The notes: generated by a model from the sequence alone, not told the origin. DNA of 64,000 nt from a virus (IMGVR_UViG_3300022660_000062:1-64000); one strand, 5' to 3'; positions 43,063 through 52,581 are shown, counted from the stretch's first letter. Made by a program: numbers and translations.

Positions 43063-43138
43063 TGTTTATTAGTTGATTAAACTGTTATGTACATATATAA
43101 TATGTATGTAGTTAGTAATGGATTGGAGGTGTATTCCA

Positions 43139-43369
43139 GTGGACTACGGTAAGATCTATATCGCGACGAAGAACTGGCAGACTGGTACAGATATTCTTGA
43201 TTACAGTGACGGCACTGCATATTTCAATCTCTTTGGTGAGAAGTGCAAGTGCAATCTGTTTGAGCGTGTTGTGTATCATGAAGTAAACGGCGAATGGAAG
43301 CCTTATGAGAGGGCAGCCGAGGTTGTTGACGTTCGTACTCCTGAAATCTCTGTTAAGGGAGGCAAGTAA
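43139..43369 (+). CDS. Hypothetical small protein (GTG start)
   Basis: GGAGGTG RBS before the GTG at 43139; the track ATG at 43118 lies inside the RBS. Confidence 0.45.
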   Translation: MDYGKIYIATKNWQTGTDILDYSDGTAYFNLFGEKCKCNLFERVVYHEVNGEWKPYERAAEVVDVRTPEISVKGGK

Positions 43370-43375
43370 GTACAT

Positions 43376-43660
43376 ATGAAATCATTGATTCGGAGCATCG
43401 TTATCAAGATAGCAGTAGCAGTTATTCTCTGCACAGTGCTATCATTGGTACTAAGTGCAATCATGCCAACATTCGGCAATGATATTGCAATGGGACAGCT
43501 GGAACATGATGATGTAAGTTTCATGCAGATGGAAATGTGGAACCGAATTCAGAATGGTGTTACAACTGTTCAGTACATTATCACAGTCATTTGTGGTGTC
43601 TTAGTCGGCACCGATGTATACAAACTTATCAAAACAAGAAAGAAGGAAATTGACAAATGA
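43376..43660 (+). CDS. Small membrane protein
   Basis: ORF with GGGAGG RBS; two TM helices. Confidence 0.5.
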   Translation: MKSLIRSIVIKIAVAVILCTVLSLVLSAIMPTFGNDIAMGQLEHDDVSFMQMEMWNRIQNGVTTVQYIITVICGVLVGTDVYKLIKTRKKEIDK

Positions 43661-44607
43661 AGAAGCATATCAAGAAGTTCTTGCTGCTTGCAGTTCTGGT
43701 AGTCCTGGTGTGTTCTCTGGCTGGTTGTCGTAGACCTTATGACACTCCTGAGTTCGTGACCATTGAAGCATCTCAGACTGCATTCCTGATCCCTCTGGTA
43801 GGTGACACTACTGATCAGGGTGTATTTGAATCTGAAGAGTTGCTGTTGCAGGCAAAGGTTGCAACAAAGGAAATTCAGATTCCGCACCGTTGGGTACAGA
43901 CTGGACGCAGAGATTATACCGGTGAGTGGCGTCCGAGTGCAACTTTGATTGTTGTCGAACGTAAGCCTGTATCTCGTTCCTGGGAATCTGGTGAGTCTAC
44001 TGCAACATCTGCAAACAAAGCAATCTTCGGCGAGACTTCAGATAACATCGGCATCTATGTTGGTATGAACTGCACTGCAATGATTGAAGAAAAGGATGCA
44101 GCAAAGTTCTTGTATCGTTACAACAACACGCCTCTGGAAACGATTATCGATACTGACATCAAGAAGATGGTGGAAGATCGTTTCAATATTGAGACAGCAA
44201 AGTATACTTCTACAGAGCTCGGTGCAAAGAAGGGTGACATCATGGAAGCCGTCAAGGAGTATGTTGTCACATATTTCAAGGATTATGGCATCACGATTAC
44301 TGTGCTTGGTCTGAAGGAGGGTATCAGTTTTGAAAACCCCGCAATTCAGGAAGCTATTGATGCAAAGTTTGCTTCCGAACAAGAACTGGTAATTCAGCAG
44401 AACAAGAATGAGGCAAATCTGGCTAAGGCAGAAGCAGAGGCGAAGGCAATGATCATGCTGGCAGAAGCTGAGGCAGAAGCTAATCGTCTGCTTGCCGAAT
44501 CTTTGACTGACGAAATTCTGGCACAGCTCTACTACGAGAAGTGGGATGGTAAGCTGCCTACTTACTACGGTGGTGGCGATGAAGTTCCTGTAATTCAGGT
44601 TCCCTGA
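43657..44607 (+). CDS. SPFH/band-7 domain lipoprotein (prohibitin/HflC-like)
   Basis: Lipobox LVCSLAGC; SPFH-like core; C-terminal LAKAEAEAKAMIMLAEAEAEANRLLAESL coiled coil. Confidence 0.65.
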   Translation: MKKHIKKFLLLAVLVVLVCSLAGCRRPYDTPEFVTIEASQTAFLIPLVGDTTDQGVFESEELLLQAKVATKEIQIPHRWVQTGRRDYTGEWRPSATLIVVERKPVSRSWESGESTATSANKAIFGETSDNIGIYVGMNCTAMIEEKDAAKFLYRYNNTPLETIIDTDIKKMVEDRFNIETAKYTSTELGAKKGDIMEAVKEYVVTYFKDYGITITVLGLKEGISFENPAIQEAIDAKFASEQELVIQQNKNEANLAKAEAEAKAMIMLAEAEAEANRLLAESLTDEILAQLYYEKWDGKLPTYYGGGDEVPVIQVP

Positions 44608-44626
44608 TAACTAACAATTAACAATA

Positions 44627-44669
44627 CTAGCGCAGCCGCATAAAGTGGCTGCGCTAGTATTATTTTTAC
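44627..44669 (+). terminator. Rho-independent terminator
   Basis: CTAGCGCAGCCGCATAAAGTGGCTGCGCTAG followed by TATTATTTTT. Confidence 0.6.
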
Positions 44670-44702
44670 AGTTGAATAAAATATCAAACTACTTTATAAT
44701 AT

Positions 44703-44930
44703 ATGTATAATAAGAGACTTGTTGAGGTGAGTTCTTTGACTAAACAGCAGTTACAATCAGAGCTCGATCGGATGACTGCAGGCAAGTACAGCCCTTACAG
44801 TATCTGTGACTTAACTGACAAGATTTCTTGGATGTGGAAGTGGCGTAAGATTACTGAAGAGGAAAAGAACTCAATGGTTGAACAAGCCATCAGTATTATG
44901 CAGTCTGGTGAGTATTCTGTTTATCGTTGA
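44703..44930 (+). CDS. Hypothetical small protein (start uncertain; TTG at 44736 has the better RBS)
   Basis: ORF downstream of a family promoter; GAGGTGAG RBS precedes the TTG. Confidence 0.4.
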   Translation: MYNKRLVEVSSLTKQQLQSELDRMTAGKYSPYSICDLTDKISWMWKWRKITEEEKNSMVEQAISIMQSGEYSVYR

Positions 44931-44945
44931 ATTGGAGGAACAGTT

Positions 44946-45305
44946 ATGAAGAAGTTTGTTACCCTTGTTGATTTCGGTGTGGAGTTTGGTAAGGCTACTT
45001 ATGGTCACGGCAGTATGCGTCTGATGTCCATTGGAACTACCAGCGACGGTTACTATACTTTCCGTTGTCGTGATGATGAGGGCAATGAGAAGGTCTTCAA
45101 AGTTTCCTGTTGGGACCAGACTGCTCCTGCGCTGATTGATCGTGTTGCTATTCTGGAACATGCAATTCAGTATGGTAAGGATGCCGCCGTTGAGCTATTG
45201 AAGTGCTACGGTCCTGACAACTATCTGCAGACCAAAGATAACTACAATGATCTTCTGTATCTCCTCACTGGTGGCAAGGAAGGTTCTCCTATGGAGGATT
45301 TCTGA
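44946..45305 (+). CDS. Hypothetical protein
   Basis: ORF with GGAGGAA RBS. Confidence 0.55.
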   Translation: MKKFVTLVDFGVEFGKATYGHGSMRLMSIGTTSDGYYTFRCRDDEGNEKVFKVSCWDQTAPALIDRVAILEHAIQYGKDAAVELLKCYGPDNYLQTKDNYNDLLYLLTGGKEGSPMEDF

Positions 45306-45511
45306 TGTTAACAATCTTGAAACCTTGTCCCTTCTGTAAAGGAAAGGCAAAGCGTAAGCACGGCAAGTACAATCTTCTTGGAGCGTATGGTACTCCAGAA
45401 CAAGATAGAACTTGGTATGCTGTTTATTGCACAAAGTGTCACATAAGTCAGTGGCCTAAGACTTATCATTCAAGAGAAGAGTCGGACGCCGCTTGGAATG
45501 AACGGAGTTGA
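45305..45511 (+). CDS. Small zinc-ribbon protein
   Basis: CPFC...CTKCH; GGAGGA RBS. Confidence 0.5.
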   Translation: MLTILKPCPFCKGKAKRKHGKYNLLGAYGTPEQDRTWYAVYCTKCHISQWPKTYHSREESDAAWNERS

Positions 45512-45515
45512 TTTT

Positions 45516-46181
45516 ATGGCAAATGTTGATAAGATGTATACATATTTGAGAGGTTATCTGATTGGTGCAAACATGACTGAGTCTATCAAGGCTCTGAGTT
45601 TTGCTCGACAGCAGCATTCTCTACAAACTCGTAAGGATGGCACACCTTACATTGTTCATCCACTGTCTATGGCTTGTTATGCTGTAGCCCTTGGTTTGCG
45701 TGATGACAACATCATTGCAACTATCCTACTTCATGATGTTCCTGAGGACTGTGGTGTTCCTGTTGACTACATTCCCGTTAATAGTGTTATTCGTGACGCT
45801 GTTAAGCATATGACGATTACAAAGTTTGACACCGATGTCGATAAGATTGAAACAAAGTGTCGGTATTTCAATGAACTCCTCGAGAGTAGAGAAGCTCTTA
45901 TTTGTAAAGCTCTGGATCGGTATAACAATCTTTCCGATGCACCGTTGTCTCTTTCTCCCGATGCTGTGGCAAAGAACGTTGCTGAAACCGAAGTACTTCT
46001 GCTTCCTGTTTTGAAGTCTGCAAAAGCGATCTATGCTGATCTTGCCGATGCACTTTTCATCATGAGAACTAATCTTGAGGTCCTCGTCGGTATTTTGAAG
46101 CAACAGCACTGGGATCAGTACACTAAGTGGAAGTGCATCTATGAGCGGCAAACTTCCGTTACTTCCTTAAATAAGGAATGA
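45516..46181 (+). CDS. Small alarmone hydrolase: HD-domain (p)ppGpp pyrophosphohydrolase (SpoT/Mesh1-like)
   Basis: HD motif HSLQTRKDGTPYIVHPLSMACYAVALGLRDDNIIATILLHDVPED; AACGGAG RBS before the ATG at 45516. Confidence 0.75.
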   Translation: MANVDKMYTYLRGYLIGANMTESIKALSFARQQHSLQTRKDGTPYIVHPLSMACYAVALGLRDDNIIATILLHDVPEDCGVPVDYIPVNSVIRDAVKHMTITKFDTDVDKIETKCRYFNELLESREALICKALDRYNNLSDAPLSLSPDAVAKNVAETEVLLLPVLKSAKAIYADLADALFIMRTNLEVLVGILKQQHWDQYTKWKCIYERQTSVTSLNKE

Positions 46182-46191
46182 GGTGAGGTAG

Positions 46192-46425
46192 TTGGAACAC
46201 TGGGTAAAACGTGTTGGAGACAGAGTATTCCTTGTTGGTGAACATGCTGACGACGGCTTGTATGAGATTCTGCGTCGTATTGAACAATTAGAGAATGATT
46301 TGGATCTTCAAAAAACTATGTATCGCAATCTAGAGCGTAAGTATGAGATTGCTAAACAATGGAACAAATGCACAGAGGAGGAAGTAACTGATGCCTTGTT
46401 ACAAACTATTCAACAAGTGTCCTGA
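46192..46425 (+). CDS. Hypothetical small protein (TTG start)
   Basis: GAGGTGAGG RBS. Confidence 0.45.
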   Translation: MEHWVKRVGDRVFLVGEHADDGLYEILRRIEQLENDLDLQKTMYRNLERKYEIAKQWNKCTEEEVTDALLQTIQQVS

Positions 46426-46621
46426 TACTGCAATCAGGTTACGATTTGCTTGGACACCGTTAAGTGACATGAATGGAAAAACAATCTGGCTACAAAGATA
46501 CTGGGAGTTTGGAGAGTGGTGGGAATTCGGCTTCTTTGTCCTTCGTGGTAGCAAGAAACAGTTTCCTACTAAACAGTTGTTCTGGGACTACATCAAATAT
46601 CGAGTTGCATCGATGTACTAA
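46391..46621 (+). CDS. Hypothetical small protein
   Basis: ORF overlapping the upstream gene. Confidence 0.4.
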   Translation: MPCYKLFNKCPDTAIRLRFAWTPLSDMNGKTIWLQRYWEFGEWWEFGFFVLRGSKKQFPTKQLFWDYIKYRVASMY

Positions 46622-46636
46622 GGGGGAATACATACT

Positions 46637-47239
46637 ATGGATTGGATGCATAACAAAGCATATTACAGATTTGTCTACATCATGATTAACATCTTTTCTG
46701 CGTTGATCACAGTTTCTCCTGCGATTCTTGTTCTGTTGTTACCTGAAAATCTGCAGTGGATCGCATTTATTCTTATTCCGTTCACTATCAGTCAGATCTT
46801 CTTTGTTGCAACTCCTGTTCTCAGTGTGCTGGAAGCTTACAAGAATGCTTCAAGCAAGAGAGGCCTTATTCATGAAAAAGATATCTATGCTTTGTTCAAG
46901 GAAGATGGCACTGCAAAACTTCATGTTGGTGACATTGATACACTGCCTCGTTATAATGTAGAAATTCCTGAAACGAAAGTTACAATGGTACCGACAGAGG
47001 GCTTCTGGATTCAAGACAGTGAGATCTGGCAGCAGACTGGTGAGCCTACTAAACATTTGCTACCCGTCTGTAACAGTTGCGGTAAAGAGTTAGGAATGAA
47101 ATTCATGGAAGACTCCACATTCAAGCATTGTCCTGGATGTGGCAAAAGAATCACACTTGCTCGTATTCCGAATAACTGGTTAGAAGAAATGCAAGCACAA
47201 GAAGAGTTAAGAACGAAACTGAAGGATAAAGCTGAATGA
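46637..47239 (+). CDS. Membrane protein with C-terminal zinc ribbon
   Basis: TM helices; CNSCG...CPGCG; AAGGGGGA RBS. Confidence 0.55.
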   Translation: MDWMHNKAYYRFVYIMINIFSALITVSPAILVLLLPENLQWIAFILIPFTISQIFFVATPVLSVLEAYKNASSKRGLIHEKDIYALFKEDGTAKLHVGDIDTLPRYNVEIPETKVTMVPTEGFWIQDSEIWQQTGEPTKHLLPVCNSCGKELGMKFMEDSTFKHCPGCGKRITLARIPNNWLEEMQAQEELRTKLKDKAE

Positions 47240-47505
47240 CGTATGTACATTACTGGCATTTTCAAAAAGCTTGGTATGTAAGACTTACAGACTGCTCGAC
47301 TCCAGAAAGAGTCTATTGGCACGACAGCGCTAGGATTCAAGAGTTCTGGAATCAACATTATCTTATTGCTGGCTCTGAATGGATGACAGAACGAGAAGTC
47401 AGAACTAAGTTGAAAGAAGCTAATCCTGACTTTATAATAATTAAAGATAAGCCCTTCCATGAGGGAAGACGATGGTTCGGTTACAAAGATGGCTCAAGGA
47501 GATAA
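47236..47505 (+). CDS. Hypothetical small protein
   Basis: ORF, translationally coupled. Confidence 0.45.
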   Translation: MTYVHYWHFQKAWYVRLTDCSTPERVYWHDSARIQEFWNQHYLIAGSEWMTEREVRTKLKEANPDFIIIKDKPFHEGRRWFGYKDGSRR

Positions 47506-47507
47506 CA

Positions 47508-47837
47508 ATGCCAACTATTCATGATTGTGAAAGATGTACTCAAGAATGTCCTCAAAGACAACTTGCAAGAGAGAATGCGGAAAAGCGTATGTATGCAACT
47601 CATGAATTTGTTGCACTACAGAAGGAAATTGAAGCAGGAAATCTAACTTACATTGTACATTCCCACTGGATGTGGAATAAGTATAACGGTGAAGTTAGAT
47701 GTAGGAACTGCAAAGCTCTTATCGGTGTGTGTTTTTCTGAAACATCACTAAACGAACTCAAGAACGAACAACACTACTGTTACAACTGCGGTGCAAGGAT
47801 GGTGGAGGTAACGAATGCCAGATCAACTGATTCGTAA
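47508..47837 (+). CDS. Zinc-finger protein (CERC...CRNC...CYNCG)
   Basis: CAAGGAG RBS before the ATG at 47508. Confidence 0.5.
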   Translation: MPTIHDCERCTQECPQRQLARENAEKRMYATHEFVALQKEIEAGNLTYIVHSHWMWNKYNGEVRCRNCKALIGVCFSETSLNELKNEQHYCYNCGARMVEVTNARSTDS

Positions 47838-48174
47838 ATGTGATGCACGCAGAGCGGTACTTAGAGAATGTCCTTCTGCAGCTCATGTAATTGATTCTAT
47901 CAAAACTGTGGATGCTATGCCAGTAGTTCATGCACATCTTGTTGAAAGAATTGTAGATCATGAAGTTCCCAGTTACACTGTATTTGAATGCAGTGCTTGT
48001 TTTAATAGATGCGACAACTGGGTAAGATACTGCTCTTACTGTGGAGCAAGATTGGATGGTGAAACAGAATTTGTCAGAACTATTACCACACCCGGATTTT
48101 CTCTGGACAATCAGCACAACAAGAATTATGAGGAGAAGAGCAAAGATGTTAACTCTGAGGAGTACATATGGTAG
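47815..48174 (+). CDS. Zinc-ribbon protein
   Basis: CSAC...CSYCG; GGAGGT RBS. Confidence 0.5.
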   Translation: MPDQLIRKCDARRAVLRECPSAAHVIDSIKTVDAMPVVHAHLVERIVDHEVPSYTVFECSACFNRCDNWVRYCSYCGARLDGETEFVRTITTPGFSLDNQHNKNYEEKSKDVNSEEYIW

Positions 48175-48368
48175 TCGACGAAAAAACATGTAAGTTCGCA
48201 AAGAATCGAGAATGCATAATTACTGGTCGTCTATGTATTCATTCTGATCCATATGTGTGCGAGTACATTCATAAAGCATATGAGCAGGGCTACAAAGAGG
48301 GTTACAATGCTTGTCAAGCAGATGATCTATTTGAGGGATCTGGCATAGGAGGTTTTCATGACTACTGA
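48168..48368 (+). CDS. Hypothetical small protein
   Basis: ORF with GAGGAG RBS. Confidence 0.45.
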   Translation: MVVDEKTCKFAKNRECIITGRLCIHSDPYVCEYIHKAYEQGYKEGYNACQADDLFEGSGIGGFHDY

Positions 48369-48633
48369 TAATGAGAAGAAGTACAAGAGCATTATTCACA
48401 AGCCTCCTGTTAGTATTGATGATACTTTGTATTTCATCATCAATGGTGATGTATATAAAGCAACAGTTTGTTTAATTTCGTATACTGAATATAGAAATCA
48501 CATAGTTACGGAGATTCGTGGAGAGGTACATCCTTTTCACACTGTTAGCGTTACATGGGATGATTGGAAAATCAAAGTATTCCGTACAGAAGAAGAGGCT
48601 TATGCCAAACTGTACAACAAATGTGGAGAATGA
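48358..48633 (+). CDS. Hypothetical protein
   Basis: ORF with GGAGGT RBS. Confidence 0.5.
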   Translation: MTTDNEKKYKSIIHKPPVSIDDTLYFIINGDVYKATVCLISYTEYRNHIVTEIRGEVHPFHTVSVTWDDWKIKVFRTEEEAYAKLYNKCGE

Positions 48634-48635
48634 AT

Positions 48636-48821
48636 ATGCCTAAGTATGTACTGCTGGATTGCCTGTGGACTTGTAACACTTGTTTGAATCGTGTTAATGG
48701 AATGTGTCGTCCTGATGTTTGGTGTGAGTGTGGAGAAGCATATCGTCCTGCTTATGATAAGTTAACAATTGTGGAAGGCACTATTGTAAAGGATAAACAT
48801 GAAGACCATCGACAAGATTAG
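48636..48821 (+). CDS. Small Cys-rich protein
   Basis: GGAGAA RBS before the ATG at 48636. Confidence 0.4.
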   Translation: MPKYVLLDCLWTCNTCLNRVNGMCRPDVWCECGEAYRPAYDKLTIVEGTIVKDKHEDHRQD

Positions 48822-48990
48822 AAATTACATTAGATCCATTTCTTCAACTGAGGATCAATATAACAAACTGTTAGATAAGATTTGGATAAATCCTGAACAA
48901 AGAAACAAGGAGTGTAAACATCCCGAACAAGAAACATGTGCTGGATGCCCTCTGAACTATTTCAGAAAGGAATCATATGTTCTGGAATAA
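48799..48990 (+). CDS. Hypothetical small protein
   Basis: ORF. Confidence 0.4.
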   Translation: MKTIDKIRNYIRSISSTEDQYNKLLDKIWINPEQRNKECKHPEQETCAGCPLNYFRKESYVLE

Positions 48991-49339
48991 ACATAAAAAT
49001 AGTAACAGTTATTCTACTGTTACTGTAAATGGTAAGACAATTCGTGTAAAGGGAAACAACATTGCAATTATCGGTGACAAGATAATTGTTGATGGTAAAC
49101 CACTCGATGAGTCAATGGATGCTAAAAACATTACTGTTATAGTTGAAGGTAGTTGTAATCAACTTGACGCTTGTGGTAATGTAGAAGTCCACGGAGATTG
49201 CAACTATGTGGATTGCGGCGGCAACTGCACTATCAGAGGATCTGTCATAGGAGATGTTGATGCGGGTGGCGCTGTTAACTGTGGTGATGTTGGAGGCAGT
49301 ATTGACGCTGGTGGTACTGTTTGGTCTTTAAGGAGCTAA
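48977..49339 (+). CDS. Beta-helix-type repeat protein (bactofilin-like repeats?)
   Basis: Repetitive G-x-V/I-x-V-x-G-D/N pattern (NVEVHGDCNYVDCGGNCTIRGSVIGDVDAGGAVNCGDVGGSIDAGG). Confidence 0.5.
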   Translation: MFWNKHKNSNSYSTVTVNGKTIRVKGNNIAIIGDKIIVDGKPLDESMDAKNITVIVEGSCNQLDACGNVEVHGDCNYVDCGGNCTIRGSVIGDVDAGGAVNCGDVGGSIDAGGTVWSLRS

Positions 49340-49343
49340 AAAT

Positions 49344-49664
49344 ATGAAGCAAACTGAAATGACACTCGATGCAGCTCTTAAGATTGTTGATGAGTTTTGT
49401 CCCATCAAAGTTATCTTCAACAACTGCATTCTATATAACGACTACGATGATGAAATCCCTCGTGGCAAGGATGTGGATGATACTGTTATGTACGGTGAAA
49501 CTCAACCTCCTATGAAAGTTATTCCGCATCGTCTTTACATGTATCATAGCTATGTTGTAACTACAATCAAAGTTGAAATTGTGCAGCATCATCATAGTAT
49601 TGTAACTATTACTGGTCACTATGATCCGAAGGCTGCTGAAAGAGGTACTGATCATGATAGTTGA
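49344..49664 (+). CDS. Hypothetical protein
   Basis: ORF with TAAGGAG RBS. Confidence 0.5.
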   Translation: MKQTEMTLDAALKIVDEFCPIKVIFNNCILYNDYDDEIPRGKDVDDTVMYGETQPPMKVIPHRLYMYHSYVVTTIKVEIVQHHHSIVTITGHYDPKAAERGTDHDS

Positions 49665-50100
49665 TGTTCGTACTAAGCAAGTTCCTGCAAGAACTATTAC
49701 TGAGACCTGGTATATTGCTTCAGATGGCAGAGAGTTCTTGAGTCAATCTGCATGTGAGGACTGGGAACGATGGCTCGAGATTCAAGAACAGCCTGTGTTC
49801 AAAACATGTATCACAAATGTTTGGACACTCGATGATGAAGCCGCCATTCTTTACAATATCAGAAACAATGAAGATCATCAAACTTTGATGTCTACTTTCT
49901 CAGACAGACAAAAGCGTAACTTTAGTGACGAGTACATGAAATATGGCCCTGGCTGGTACATCTATTTCAGTATTGATGGTGGAGATGGTCCTGACTTCTA
50001 TCATCTGTGGCAGTACGATGCTTACTTGAAAGAGCATGAAGACGACTTCAATCGTTGGAAGAATGAGATGGCATCAAAGATGGCTTCAACTTTCAACTAA
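49654..50100 (+). CDS. Hypothetical protein
   Basis: GAAAGAGG RBS before the ATG at 49654. Confidence 0.5.
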   Translation: MIVDVRTKQVPARTITETWYIASDGREFLSQSACEDWERWLEIQEQPVFKTCITNVWTLDDEAAILYNIRNNEDHQTLMSTFSDRQKRNFSDEYMKYGPGWYIYFSIDGGDGPDFYHLWQYDAYLKEHEDDFNRWKNEMASKMASTFN

Positions 50101-50224
50101 GAATGTGAACCGAGTAGAAATCTTTATAGCTAGTTTCGTTGTAGATATGAATGCTGATCAGGAATTCTTACTTAGTTTACTGATTGGCAGATGATACAAG
50201 AAGATCCAGAATCATATTATTCCT

Positions 50225-50258
50225 GACGCTGCAGAAATGCAGCGTCATGTTTTGTTTC
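50225..50258 (+). terminator. Rho-independent terminator
   Basis: GACGCTGCAGAAATGCAGCGTC followed by ATGTTTTGTTTC. Confidence 0.6.
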
Positions 50259-50348
50259 TCCTGTTGTAAAATTATGATAGAGAATTCTTCACATTTCCGT
50301 CATTCTTGTATATAATATAGAATAGCAAACACGAAAGGAGAATAATCA

Positions 50349-51332
50349 ATGTATCTGGCTCTACCAACAAGTATCCATGTAGATACAGTAAATCCACCTA
50401 CAAGGACGAACTGCTTGTGGCTATGTACAACTCCGATACGAGTGATTCCTGTAACAGGAACATTCATCGAAGAATCTACAATGAATGCTGAATCTTTTAC
50501 TTCGTTTATTACTAATGACTCTTTTCAAGTATATGAGTTCAACACATACCCTGTTATCAAATTTTATGTTCAAACAAGTAATAGTTGGGAAGACGTTATT
50601 ACAAATAATACATACAACATCACCATGAATATGTCAGGATGCTTCGGATACTCTACCAACCCAACAGAGATTGATGAAGGCGATAGTGCAACGCTTTACT
50701 TCCAGGCAAATGCAGGGTATTCCTTGCCGACTAGTATCTATGTAAGTGGGGCGGAATATGACTGGAACTGGTCTGTCGGGGAATTGATCCTTCGTAATCC
50801 CACAGGCCCGGTGTATGTAAGTATAAGTTGTGTGGGGAATTGCTGTTTTGCGGCAGGGACACCTGTATTGATGAGTAACGGTACTTTCAAAAACATTGAA
50901 AACATTGTAGCTGGCGACATCGTTATAACATTCAATGAAGAATCCGAGGTATATGAGCCTGGAACGGTTATATACTTCTTTGTTAAGCCAAACACGCAGG
51001 ATATGGCGAAGCTGATATTTGAAGACGGCACAGAAATAACTATGAACGCATATCACCCGATGTATACGACTGACGGCTGGAAATCGCTGACAGGAAGCGG
51101 AGGTCTGCCGATCCTGACGAAGGAGGACACAATTCTTTCGACCGACAAGAAGTGGGTGAAAATATCGGACATTGTGCGGTGGTTCAGCGATGAATATATC
51201 ACAACTTACAACCTTGATGTCGAGAATAACGACAACTACTTTGTAGGAAAGACACCAGTAATGGCAAGCAATGTCGAATCCTGCTTTGTTCCTTCGCCTG
51301 GCATAAAACCTGCACCTGAGATAACAGTATGA
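50349..51332 (+). CDS. Bacterial intein-like (BIL)/Hint-domain protein with about 165-aa N-terminal domain
   Basis: Hint block A (CCFAAGTPVLMSNG...IENIVAGDIVITF) and C-terminal intein-like block (YNLDVENNDNYFVGKTPVMASN) followed by a short extension. AAAGGAG RBS. GC higher than neighbours. Confidence 0.6.
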   Translation: MYLALPTSIHVDTVNPPTRTNCLWLCTTPIRVIPVTGTFIEESTMNAESFTSFITNDSFQVYEFNTYPVIKFYVQTSNSWEDVITNNTYNITMNMSGCFGYSTNPTEIDEGDSATLYFQANAGYSLPTSIYVSGAEYDWNWSVGELILRNPTGPVYVSISCVGNCCFAAGTPVLMSNGTFKNIENIVAGDIVITFNEESEVYEPGTVIYFFVKPNTQDMAKLIFEDGTEITMNAYHPMYTTDGWKSLTGSGGLPILTKEDTILSTDKKWVKISDIVRWFSDEYITTYNLDVENNDNYFVGKTPVMASNVESCFVPSPGIKPAPEITV

Positions 51333-51745
51333 TATTCGATACATCGAATCAAGAATGGGGATATTACAAAAATATCTTGAACGCACCAGACTTGACTGTT
51401 CCCGAATACGGAGTATACGGTAGGATCGTGTATATGACTGCCGAGCAGTATATTCGTGAGTGTGCAAGGATAACGCACACTCAATACGAATCGCATATGC
51501 GAATACTGAAACATGAAAAAGCAGATAGGAATAACATCGAGTATCTGAAAACGCTGGACTTCCCTATTGCCATTCCGGTAATCAACTATTCCTGCCGGGC
51601 GCAGGAGGGCAGACACCGGGCAGTCGCATTCGCGGAACTTCACGGGGATGATGCTACCTTCCCATGTTTGGCGGTGTACTGGATCGATGAACAAAAGAAA
51701 GGCCTTAGCTTCTGGCAATGGATGCGCAAGCGGAGAAAAGAATAG
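51329..51745 (+). CDS. ParB/sulfiredoxin-like nuclease domain protein
   Basis: ParB-like catalytic motif ...CRAQEGRHRAVAFAE...; translationally coupled to the BIL gene. Confidence 0.5.
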   Translation: MIFDTSNQEWGYYKNILNAPDLTVPEYGVYGRIVYMTAEQYIRECARITHTQYESHMRILKHEKADRNNIEYLKTLDFPIAIPVINYSCRAQEGRHRAVAFAELHGDDATFPCLAVYWIDEQKKGLSFWQWMRKRRKE

Positions 51746-51805
51746 CTGGAGCATTCAACGCAATAATGAGCTGAGAGTTAGTTTGAACTAATATACAACC
51801 TGAAT

Positions 51806-51836
51806 GACGCTGTAATCTTTACAGCGTCATTTTTGT
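51806..51836 (+). terminator. Rho-independent terminator
   Basis: GACGCTGTAATCTTTACAGCGTC followed by ATTTTTG. Confidence 0.6.
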
Positions 51837-51898
51837 AGTTGATCAAAGAAGAATTTTACTATATCATATTATCGACAAACTATATAAACGGAGTAACT

Positions 51899-52150
51899 AT
51901 GAGTAAACAGAAGAAACCAACTGATGGTAAGATTTATCTTTACGGCGCACGAGATACTACTACAGGTAAGCTAGTCTCTGATATTACAAATCCTCGTCGT
52001 AAGTACTGGGACAAAGAAGGCAATGCAAGAAGTGCTATTGACTACTATAACCGTAGTTATGCAAACAGACCGCTGAAGCCCTTTGACAACAAAGGCGAAC
52101 ACGGAACTATCGAGCTTGTTAAGTTTGAGCTTGTAGAGGTGAAAGAATGA
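51899..52150 (+). CDS. Hypothetical small protein
   Basis: GGAG RBS before the ATG at 51899. Confidence 0.45.
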   Translation: MSKQKKPTDGKIYLYGARDTTTGKLVSDITNPRRKYWDKEGNARSAIDYYNRSYANRPLKPFDNKGEHGTIELVKFELVEVKE

Positions 52151-52581
52151 AACATCTGATAGGCTCAAGCTATTTCTTTTCTTGTTATGATGATTTCACT
52201 CCGCATGATGTAGATCATATTGAAATCATTGAAACAAACGAATTCAACCATAAGCGACAAATTACAGGAAGAGGTAGCTGTTTATTTCAGCTAAAGAAAA
52301 AAGATTCCTTCAAAGAGTATCTTGATTGGGACATCACTGAGTCGGTGGGAATGTGTCTTGGTAAATGGCTTATTCCTGAATTCTGTGAAGAAGTTGGTTT
52401 TACTGTAGATGATCTTCCTCAACTGTTGCCATTTATTGACCTTCTTGATCCTAAACATAGATATGAAGCAATCATCTACAACGCGTATGTTGAGAATGGC
52501 TCGCTCACTTTAACGGATAAACAGAGACTTGAGGCATACAAGAGCTACCAAGAGTCTCGTAATCTCTCTACAGTTGAATAA
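52147..52581 (+). CDS. Hypothetical protein
   Basis: ORF with GAGGTG RBS. Confidence 0.5.
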   Translation: MKHLIGSSYFFSCYDDFTPHDVDHIEIIETNEFNHKRQITGRGSCLFQLKKKDSFKEYLDWDITESVGMCLGKWLIPEFCEEVGFTVDDLPQLLPFIDLLDPKHRYEAIIYNAYVENGSLTLTDKQRLEAYKSYQESRNLSTVE

